From positions 558,001-622,000 of the forward strand of contig LSRY02000033.1 of the NCBI GenBank assembly GCA_001643675.2: 64,000 bases of DNA. Reading direction: 5' to 3'. Source of the DNA: Monocercomonoides exilis PA203 (Eukaryota > Protista > Preaxostyla). The notes beneath the pieces were generated by a model. It was not told the origin of the DNA. It ran no database searches and saw only the letters and a program-made list of their open reading frames with translations. Position numbers and translations under genes: made by a program. Positions 11,844 to 23,962 of this stretch are shown here, piece by piece. How positions within the stretch are numbered: position 1 is the stretch's first letter; each line of letters begins with the position of its first letter.

Positions 11844-12091
11844 ATATGGCAAAATTTTTTTGAAAAATTCCATTTGTTTAATTTTCAAATAAAATTTTAA
11901 CTTCATATTTTTATCAAATTTCTGTTCCCACTCACGAAACTTTTCTGAAATGGAAATAATAACATTGTTTTGGTTCTGTTTCCATTTCAGTGAATATCTA
12001 TTAGTGGGAACAGAAATTTGTTGAAATTATAAAATTTTTGTTTTTTTTGAAAATTAAACAAATGGATTTTTTCAAAAAAATTTTGCCATAT
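11844..12091. mobile_element. 248-bp palindromic MITE-like element, copy 2, nested in the hAT-type element
   Basis: Arms 11844-11932 / 12003-12091, plus a symmetric inner pair CTGAAATGGAAA (11945-11956) / TTTCCATTTCAG (11979-11990). Ends ATAT-GG...CC-ATAT as in copy 1. Confidence 0.75.
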
Positions 12092-12254
12092 GATTCACCA
12101 CGAGTGCTATTTGTGCAAACAGATCTTATTGTTCAACGTTTGTTATTTTGCTAATTTGCACCATTGTCCAAAAAATGAGTGTTTCTTTTGTTTTTTCTCC
12201 CAATCTTTTTCCAATTCAAGAATCAGAACTAACTTTCACATTTGTTTTACACAA

Positions 12255-14162
<1,908 letters not shown>

Positions 14163-15193
14163 AAACTTAAACAAAAAGAGTTCTTTTAACTTCATCGTCT
14201 ATTCTTCTTCTTTCATTTCAACTCACATTCGTATCATCCCAATAAAATCTTCCAATCATTCTTCCTCTTCCTTCTCCTCTTCCGCCTCCTCCTCCTCCTC
14301 CTCTTCCTCCTCTTCTTCTTCCTCTTCTTCTTTTTTTCTTCTTCTTCTTCATAATCTTCTTCTTCCACTTATTCCTCTTCATTACATGAATTATTTTGTT
14401 TTAAACATTCTTCTTCCTACACTTCTTATTCTTCTTCTTCCACTTTTCGCATTCTCTCTTCTTTCAAACAATTTCTTTCGACAAATGTGATGTTCTTCAC
14501 TCCATTGGTCTGCATTATCATTTGAGCAACCTTCTTTTCCACAGTCCTCTTCGGCTTCGCATACAGCTCCATCTGCTCCTTTATCTCCATTTCAGTTTCC
14601 TAATGTTCATTTCATCTCACAAACGCACTCCAATGGAACAACATTTCACCCTCTGGATAATACGAAATTATCTAAACTTCGTTTCATTCACTTTTTTTGT
14701 AAAGAAAATGGTATTTCTTCACTTATAATTTATCACGGTTTCATGTTATAGAAAAAGAATCGCATCATTCGTTATTGCGCAAATTTGAACTTTGAACAAA
14801 AGATATTTACAACTATTAAGAATAATAATCGTCTTCAAACAACCTTTTTATCGATTCATGGAGTTGCTACAATAATAAAATGTTATTTTTGAAACAACGT
14901 TATCAAATATGAATCAAAAATAAAAAACAAAAAACAAAAAACAAAATGTTTGTCGTTTGAAACACACAAAACTCTGTTTCTTCTTGTTAATTGTGATCAA
15001 AAAGTCTTGTTTGAACAATGCAACATTTGAAATAATATTTTACCGAATCATTGAACTTCAAAATAAGAAATCAAAGCAAGCCTGATTCAAAAATAAAAAA
15101 AAAGTTAAATCTTCAAGTGAGCGAAAGTCTTATTGTAAAAAAAAAATTAGCAATTAATAAATAATCATTAATATTCTTTCATATCTTAAAACT

Positions 15194-15256
15194 CGACTGA
15201 TCTTTGTCAAACGACTGATCTTTGTCGTTCGACTGATCTCGACAAAGATCTGTCGA
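15194..15256. repeat. Subterminal repeat array of the hAT-type element
   Basis: CGACTGATCTTTGTC at 15194 and 15212, a partial copy at 15230 (18-bp period), and an inverted copy GACAAAGATCTGTCG at 15241 (14/15). Confidence 0.8.
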
Positions 15257-15925
15257 TAACCCATTTTCATTAAATGAATTTTTGAAAAAATTTTTTTGAT
15301 TTATCATTTCCATATTAAATTATCATATTGATCGATATAAAAACATAAATAATGATTTTATTTCGTTTTTTTCTTTAAAATAAATAAAAATAAATAAAAA
15401 ATATTTTTCATAATAATAAATAAAACTGGACAAAATTGTCGGTCGACCTGTCGAGTTGTTTTAAAAATGTATGTCGGTCGCAGAGGCCTAGTATTTTAAT
15501 TGAGGATTTGAAAATTTTTTCATTTTTGATAAAAATCAAATTTTTGATCTTTAGTGGGTTATGATCAAAATTTTTAATTGTTCAATAACATTTGAATGAA
15601 GAATAATTCGGACGAAAAAAGTGGATATTCATGTTAAACTTATCAAACTCAATGAAAATATGTTATAAAAATTTTTTCAACAGGTCGTGCATAAAATGCT
15701 TGAATGTCCATATTTTCCCCCAAATATTCAAAACGAAATTTTTGACAGAAAAAATATGATTTCAAAAATAATTACCAATATTTGAACAAGAACCCTTTGT
15801 TTATAATACTGTTGTGAAAAATTCAGCATTTGAATATAAATTCTACATAGAAAGGCAAACAACCTATGAAAAAATAAACTTCCCCAAAAAATTATGATTC
15901 CAAAAATAGTCGCCCAAATTTATCA

Positions 15926-15939
15926 TAAGCCTCTGCGAC
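15926..15939 (+). mobile_element. Orphan TIR-like end of the same hAT-type family
   Basis: TAAGCCTCTGCGAC matches the TIR at 10870 at 13/14. No partner end was found downstream. Confidence 0.5.
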
Positions 15940-15987
15940 AGAAGTTTTATCGTTTTTTAAAAGGGCGATCTGAATTTCTTTTATCAA

Positions 15988-16746
15988 TACATCATTTTTA
16001 ATTCTTATTTGGAAAACTTATTATTCGAAAATAATAAACTAATTATTCGAAATAAATCATTTGAGGGTTTTTGAACAAATAATTTTTTGTGAAAAATTGG
16101 TTTTTGGCTGAATGAAGGAAAGAGATGAAAATATAATGTTCAATCAATATTTGTGAAAATGATGAAAAGTTGAATCTCTTTCTATATTATTTATCAAAAT
16201 ATATGAAAATTTCAAAATTTTTAGAAAAAAATCATCTTCATGGAAATATGATAATTTTCAAATGCATTCACCTCATATGGTTCAATAAGCATTGTTCAAC
16301 CTCAACATTTTATTTGTATCAATTTAAGATGTTGAAAACAACTTTAACATTCCGAATGAACATTTTTTAATTTTTTCAATGGTGAAAAATATATGTTTTC
16401 AACATCTTAAATTGATACAAATAAAATGTTGAGGTTGAACAATGCTAATTGAACCATATGAGGTGAATGCATTTGAAAATTATCATATTTCCATGAAGAT
16501 GATTTTTTTCTAAAAATTTTGAAATTTTCATATATTTTGATAAATAATATAGAAAGAGATTCAACTTTTCATCATTTTCACAAATATTGATTGAACATTA
16601 TATTTTCATCTCTTTCCTTCATTCAGCCAAAAACCAATTTTTCACAAAAAATTATTTGTTCAAAAACCCTCAAATGATTTATTTCGAATAATTAGTTTAT
16701 TATTTTCGAATAATAAGTTTTCCAAATAAGAATTAAAAATGGTGTA
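15988..16746. mobile_element. 759-bp near-perfect palindrome / foldback element
   Basis: Arms 15988-16340 and 16394-16746 (353 bp each, two mismatches noticed) around a 53-bp spacer. Ends read TA|CA...TG|TA. Confidence 0.8.
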
Positions 16747-17063
16747 AGTTTATCAAATGCAATATTTATGCTAATAAAGTAACAAAAACAAGTCAGATTT
16801 ACAATTTTTAATAATTGAAGAAGCATCCATTGATTGAGTTTTGATTTATCAAAAACTTATAAATAACGTTTTCTTAAACCTGTGGAAAGGAAAAAGCAGT
16901 GTCATGCAAATGAAAATGAACGATACGAATATATTTTTATGTCATAATATTTTTCCTCGGCTTAACAATAATAAAATTTGTGAATTGAATGAAGATTATG
17001 TATTTTTTCTATGATGAAAAATTTAAAAATTTATTTATAATATATACATGATCAATTAATTTC

Positions 17064-20000
17064 ATGAAACAAACAATTTTAACTGCTTTTCTGTTAATTG
17101 AATATTGTTTAATTTCATTGACTTTTTCCGAACAGAGTGTAAATACATGGGCAGAAGTATCATCGACAAAATACTTCCTCAGAGATCATTCAATGACTTA
17201 CGTTTCTCCCAATGAAATATATGTTTTTGGGGGAGCTGATAAAGCTGCAGCCGTTCAAAACTCATTATATCGTTTGTCTGGAGATAAATTTGAGCAACTG
17301 GTCACTCAAGAACCAAGGACAGAACTTTATAAACATGCTGCCACAAGAATTTCAGTTGGAGAAAACAAATTGGGAATGCTAGTAAGTGGAGGAATTGGAA
17401 AAGATGGCAAAGCAAGCAAAAAATGCTATGTACTTAAAAAAGAACAAGAAGTTCATTGGAATAACATGGAAGATCTTCCAGAAGCATTGTATTATCACAC
17501 CATGGCTTCAACTGATGATGGAAAAATTGTTGTTGCATATGGCGGCTTTACGACAGTTGATGAAAAGCCTTTGCCTTCACATAATTTATATATGTATAAT
17601 TTCGGTTTGTAGCATATCTATTAAAATTTCATTTATTTAATTAATAATTATTTACATAATCTTAAGATAAAACTCCTCAAAAATGGATCAAGATTACATA
17701 TGCAACTGATAAACCTGTACCTCCAGCTGTTCAATCAAAATTGACCTTTGATGAGTATGCAAATCTTTAAATAATCATTTTAAAAGATATTAATATTATT
17801 CTTTGAAATTCATTAAAAAACAAAATTAAATACAATTTCCATTAATTCAATCATACTATTTTATAACCTTTCATATTCATATTTTTTTGACGTTTGAACT
17901 TATCTTATTTCTAGGAAACAAAACGATAATTACATTTTTCATCTAACTGGCGGTAGATGCGAAAAGTCTGGAGATAATGTCATTTTATGGAAACTTACAA
18001 TAAGTTTGTTAGAATATGAGTAACATGCACGATTTTTTTTTGAGCTTTTAACATTTATGAGACAATTATTTAAGAAATATATGGAAAGTAATTAAATACT
18101 TTTTATTTTCATTTAAAGAGGAAACATTATTTGCACATTCATTCATCTTTTCACATTTTATTTATATGAATATATTTATGAATATTTAATTTTCATATCA
18201 ACTGCAGCTGCAAATGGAAACGACTACACAGCCGAATGGACAAAAGTGGCTTATCATCCGAGTGCGCTTCCAGCGGTTTGCAGATTTTTTTATAATTTCC
18301 ATTGATTTGATAGATATTTTCTTTTTAACTATAACGCAACAATTGCAAATAAAATTTGCATTTCTTTTTTATTTTCCATATTTTATTTTTCTATATTGAT
18401 TTTTTATCTCAAATCTTTTATTTTATTTTATTTTATTTTATTTTATTTTATTTTATTTTATTTTATTTTTATTTTTTTTTTTTTCCTTTTTACAAATATA
18501 TTTGGTGAACTGCAATTTTAATTGTTCATTTACCAGAGAATGGGCCATCATGCCCATCAAATCGGTCCTGCTTTGTTTTTGTGGGGTGGCTCATCTTCTG
18601 AAGCATCATTTTCAATCATCAACACAGGTATTGCAATTCTTTATATGAAACAACATTTTGCTGTATTGCACAAAAATGCAATGACTTAACTTTTTTTTTT
18701 TCACTTTGAACTTGTTTTATCATTTTGCTATTTTTTTGAATTCTTTTTTTTTAAAACTTTTGCAATATTTTTTTTATTCAACTTGATTTTCTTTTGCCAT
18801 CACTATCATTTTTTCATTTTCCTTTTTGTTTATTTCTTTGCGACAATCATTCTTTTTATGTCTTTTTCTCCACTGAATCCAATTTGCAATCAATCAATCA
18901 ATCAATCAATCGATGATAACTGACATGCTTCATCTCAGACGACCGCACGTGGCAGCCACTTGAGCCGCGGAGTCTGGTTGAGCCGCCTCAGATCCACCTG
19001 TTTGCCTCCTGCTACGACGAAGACAACCAGCGTGTGATTGTGCACGGAGGGTCGATATTCTCCGAGGACAAAGCAACAATGACAGATTCTCTGTGGTATT
19101 TCCAGATTGACAAGTGCAACCAGCACCCCAGCTGCGCATCTTGTGCGGAAAACAACTGCGTCTGGTGCTCAACAAAAGGAAGATGCATCGGAGGAAAGGC
19201 AGCAGCAAATGGAGATTCAGACTCTGGTATAAATTGATTATTCATTTGTTGACTTAAAATTAATTCATATACTTGTTCAATTTTTTTGCACTACAATACT
19301 TTTTTCGCTGCTCTTCCTTAACGCTTTGTTGAATGATTACTGCTACTATTTTAATGTTTTGGAACAACTTTAAACAATATTTCAAAATTTCCTTCCCTCC
19401 TACATGCCCCCCCCTCCCCACTTCCCCTCCCTCCATAACAAGCACTGAAACCCGATGCTGAGTCGTGTTCTGTCTATGTGTCAGACAAGAACCAATGCAA
19501 CCAAGGGGACAAAGGATGCTGGGCATTCGACAGCTGCGGTGCCTGCACAGCGAATGGGCGGTGTGGATGGTGCCAAGAGATGAGCGGGCAGCCTGCTGCA
19601 TCCATGGGCTGCTTTGAAGGCACAGCCACGTCTCCTTATTTGGGCACGTGTGTGGCGTGGACGAGCAAAACAGATGAATGCGACAAGATCGAAATCGAAG
19701 TGGCGTGTATCAATCCACAAGTGGAAGACACACTGTTTTCAGGCACTTCAACGTGGGTGTCGTGGTATACAAGGAACAGACAAGGAGAAGGATTGAAATT
19801 CGATGTTGTTGTTGTGTATAAAGCTGGACAGGAAGGTCAACAGGAAAAAGTTCTGAAAAATAATGTTCCAGCTGATGGCTTTGTCGAGTGGAGCATACCA
19901 AAAGATACTAACTTGCAGGGAAAATGCAATGTTCTGTTTCGAGCTACAAGCGATCAAAAAGTTCTTTTGACCATTCCTGTGGTCATCGGTGAAGCACATG

Positions 20001-21103
20001 TTGAAGTGTGGTCGCCGTCAGAAAACGAAGTGGTGACGAAAGATGAGATGAGCATCTCCTGGGATTTTTCCTTTTCGCTGGAGTATGTGACGCTGGAACT
20101 GTACAAGGATGGCGTTCTCAACAAGACGATCGCCAGTTCTGTGTCGAACTATGGGTACTACCAATGGGATGCGTTTGAGGCGAAAGTGGTGAATGGAGAC
20201 AAGTACACAGTGCAGATTAAGTGGGTGAAAGAAGAGACAGCCAGTTCAGCTAGCCATTCATCAGCATCGAACATGCTTGTGGAGCAGGAAGGAGCAGAAT
20301 CCAGAGAAAAGCTGTTTGGAAAGAGTGTGCAACAGAAGATTGGAGAGTCGAAGCCATTTTCAATCCAACTGAGTGAGACATACATCACAATCACCTCGCC
20401 CACAAAGGGGACGAAGCTGTCGTCTGGAGAAGAGGTGGTGATTGAGTGGGAGACCAATCGCCCAGCAAAGGAGACGAATGTGTATCTGATGAGAGGGTTT
20501 GACAAGCAGCGGGCAGACTTGGTGATGACAGTGGCGAGCAAAGTGGAGAAGGAGAAGCAAAAGGTGTCATGGGTGGTGGATGTTGATGATGACGATTATG
20601 ACTACTTCTTTTTGATTGAGGACAGCGCAGTGACACGCCAGGGGACGTCTCCCTTTTTCAACATCATTGCCACCAGCCTCATTCCATCCATTGCTGGCAG
20701 CACGCCTGGCGCTGAGCAGCACATCGGAGACAAAGTTGAAGTGGAGTGGGAGTACCACGGCGGATCCAGCCCTTTCTCAGTCACACTCGTCCCGCAGAAC
20801 GGGCAGCGCATCAGCATCGCCACGGAGCTCTCTCCGGACGTCCGCTCTTTCTCTTTCTCTCTGCCAGCTTCGATGGAACATGGCACACTCTATGTGGTGG
20901 AAGTGACTGCAACCAACTGGAAGAACGGAGTTTCTGGCACAACAGCACCGTTCAAGGCGATTGCGCCAGGCGCGTTTGCCATTCGGAGCATCGGGTCGGT
21001 GATAGCAATATCTGTGATTGCAGTTGCAGTTATTGCTGCACTGTTTTTGTTCTATTTTTGTTTCTACAGGAAGAGCAGGCTGGGAGGATTTCAACAGATT
21101 TAA
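17064..21103 (+). CDS. Type I membrane protein: signal peptide, Kelch beta-propeller, two PSI-like Cys domains, repeated beta-sandwich domains, TM helix, short tail (7 exons)
   Basis: In-frame GT-AG splicing of exons 17064-17604, 17667-17754, 17915-18003, 18208-18275, 18537-18627, 18939-19226 and 19443-21103. Kelch GG motifs (YVFGG, LVSGG, AYGG, LTGG, LWGG, VHGG). PSI-like CASCAENNCVWCS and CGACTANGRCGWCQ. TM segment VIAISVIAVAVIAALFLFYFCFY. Confidence 0.85.
18416..18470. repeat. (TTTTA)n pentanucleotide microsatellite in an intron
   Basis: Directly visible. Confidence 0.9.
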
Positions 21104-21501
21104 GTCAAATGTTCAAAAAAATATAAATATATATGTGAGAAGGCATGGTGTATGTCATTTGACAGAGTATTATTTGGTGATATTTCGAGTAAACTTGGCA
21201 TTCATTTTTTTACAACTCGTCATATGGAGGATACAAAGAAGAGAGTGTCCTTTTTTATTATGTGAGTAATTTCTATTCTTCTTATTCTTTAAATATTTTC
21301 ACCTCAAAATTATCTTCTTTGTTGACTCTGATATGATAACTTGGCTCCAATCAACAAAAATCTGAAAAAGCTTTTTTTAATGAACACGATTTATTACAAA
21401 TAATTAATTTACATAAAAATGAAATGGGGAAATAAAGATAATACCATATTTTATTTCTTCTTTCCCATAACAAAATTTACACGCTCTTTTCAGTTAAATA
21501 C

Positions 21502-22776
21502 ATGACCGAAGAGCTGGACACAACAAGTGACGAAGAGTTGGCAAGAGCTTTGCAACAAGAGTTAGACGAGGAAGCAAAAGAATATCAACATAATGAATTT
21601 CCAGATGGAGTTTATTCAGTTTTCTCAACAACCGCGTCTGGGCTACCCAAACAAGGTAAAGCCAAAGCCCATCAATCATTTCAATCCACAGTTGTCTGTG
21701 GAATTCGTGGAGAGGAAAATAAAACCCTGGAAGAACAACATGCAGAAGCATTGGAACTTGACGAGCTGGATGATGCCATTGACGAAGAATATAATGAATT
21801 AACGGGTTCGTTTTTCATTTGCTTTTTCATGCAAAAATAATGTTCTTTGTTTTTTTCCTTTGTTTTTAGAATTTAAAGATCAAGAAATAAATCAACATCT
21901 TTCAATAAATGATATCTTATTGAATCAAATCAAGGTTAAACCAAAAGTGAACGCGACTAAACAACAAGAAGATGACGAATATGAAGAGGAAGAGGATGAA
22001 GAAGAAGGAGATGAAGAATCTTATTCTCAGTTTTCTGAAAAACCATCAACAACAAAAAAAGTTTGCAATTTACCTAATCTGTTAAAAATTTGAATCTTTA
22101 ACATTACTCTCAGAGAGAAAAACGTCAAGAAATGATGCATGCTATCGCTCAATTGCGAAAGGATAGAGAGCATATGATCCGAGCAACGTTTGTACTCAAC
22201 ACAAATGTGAAAAAACAAAAAGTGAAAATCTTTGATCCGAAGATTTCTATCCAACAACTTTGCAAACTTGGTGTGTATTTTTTTCTTCATTTGAAATAAA
22301 AGAGTATTTATGAATTTCTTTTTAAAAATATTTATTTGAATGGAAAAATCTTAACTTTTTTGCAATTATACTCAAAAATCCTTTTTTGGTCGAAAATGTT
22401 CTTTTTAGCTGATTCAAGTTTTAACCTGAGAGGGAAAAAACACTTTAGCAAAGTATTTGATAGAAATGGAGATGAAGTTACAAGTATGGATGAACTTTTT
22501 GAAGTTGGCGAGAATATTTTGTACTTCTCGTGCGGAGAGGATTGGGGACTTCGCAAGGTTCCTTTTCATCCTCCTCATCGCGATGAAGTAAAAGAACAAG
22601 AATCAGAAGATCATGACGATATGGAAGAACAGGAAGGGAAAGAAGAAGAAAAAGAAGAAGGAGAAAAGAAAGAAAACAACGATTCTGTTGAAAATGATAA
22701 GGCATCTGAGAAAGACAAAAATCACATTCCACAACAAGATGCACCTGAAGAAACAAATTCGACAAGCAACCCATGA
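21502..22776 (+). CDS. Acidic protein with an N-terminal UIM-like motif and a DCX/KHA-like ubiquitin-fold domain (4 exons)
   Basis: Exons 21502-21805, 21870-22060, 22114-22270 and 22409-22776 splice in frame. SDEELARALQQEL is UIM-like. KVFDRNGDEVTSMDELFEVGENILYFSCGEDW is DCX/KHA-like. Confidence 0.65.
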
Positions 22777-23329
22777 ATTTAAATATTGAAAATGTGGATA
22801 ATAATGTAACTGAAAACTTATTACAAAGTAAAAATGTGCATGATATTTTTTCATTTCGCATATCATAACATATTTTTTATTTTGTTTTTTCTCACATATC
22901 ATTTCATTTTTATTTCATTTGCACACTTCCTCATTTTTTAACACTGTTAGATTTCCAAACTTTTTGATGTTTTTAAAGATTGGATTTCATTAATTTAAAG
23001 AGAATAATTCTAAAGAAAGATATTCTTTCATTTTTAAAGATAATAATAATTATAATAATAAAATTATTCTTTTAATGTTTGAAAATGTGCAATTTTTGAA
23101 GTGTTTTGCATTCTTTTTTCAATATTTTTTGGTTCGTGAATAATCGTTTATCAAAAATTAGAAGCTGACAAATATCAAAGAATAGTGTTGCAAGAATGTC
23201 TTAAAACGTATAATATAATTTCATAGAAGAAATGTTTCATCTATTTTTAATTTCATAAAAAGAAAATTGTTATTAAGTATTTTTCTTTGTGAAATGAAAT
23301 GAAATGAATAGTTTTGCAATTGAGTGCTT

Positions 23330-23809
23330 TCAATACTGACTAGGGAAAGCACGCTTTTCAGCTGCTCTTTTTATTTTTGTTTGCAACTTCTTTTTCGCTG
23401 TTTTAGCCATCTTCATAAGCCTCGCTTTCTTTTTTGATACAAGAGCAGCTTTTTCTTGCTTCAATTTCATTCGTTGCTTTTTTTGAAGTTTCTCCCTTCG
23501 ATTCTTCAATATTTCACCTTGCTCCTTCTTGAATTCAGCTTCTCTTTTTCTTATCGCTTCAATTCGCTGTGAATAAAAAATGTTAAAAAAATAAAATTGT
23601 GAAATTTCATAAACATATATTTTCAATGTTTCCTTAATTAACCAACCTCTTTTTCAGCTTTTCGCTGCTCAAATGGAGTGTGATGTTCAATACCCTTTCG
23701 TGAAGAACTTATTCTGTATAAATATTAAAATGCTTAATAAAGACAAACTGAAACAAAACTATTCAAACTTTTTAGGCTTTACTCTCCATGTTCTTTTTCC
23801 TTGTTTCAT
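23330..23809 (-). CDS. Cgr1/CCDC86-like nucleolar coiled-coil rRNA-processing protein (3 exons)
   Basis: Exons 23809-23769, 23713-23647 and 23566-23330 splice in frame to MKQGKRTWRVKPKKISSSRKGIEHHTPFEQRKAEKERIEAIRKREAEFKKE..., matching the Cgr1-family pattern (basic W motif, then a charged coiled coil). Confidence 0.6.
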
Positions 23810-23962
23810 TTAAATGAATATTATCCTGGATTAAAGGAAATATGAGGAATATAAAAAAAGCAATGATCACTGAAAGATCTATACCATTATTTATCACGAA
23901 AACTGTCGATTTAAAGCTGGTTTTGTCGATCTGTCTATATCCAATTTTTCTTTTTTTTTCCG
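23810..23962. promoter_or_regulatory. Putative 153-bp bidirectional promoter (Cgr1-like / TAF1)
   Basis: Head-to-head start codons at 23809(-) and 23963(+). Inferred from the gene models only. Confidence 0.45.

Noticed and set aside
15194-15256. Short regularly spaced repeats as a CRISPR-like array
   Set aside because: Spacers are only 3 bp, the context is eukaryotic and no cas genes are present. They are better explained as transposon subterminal repeats.
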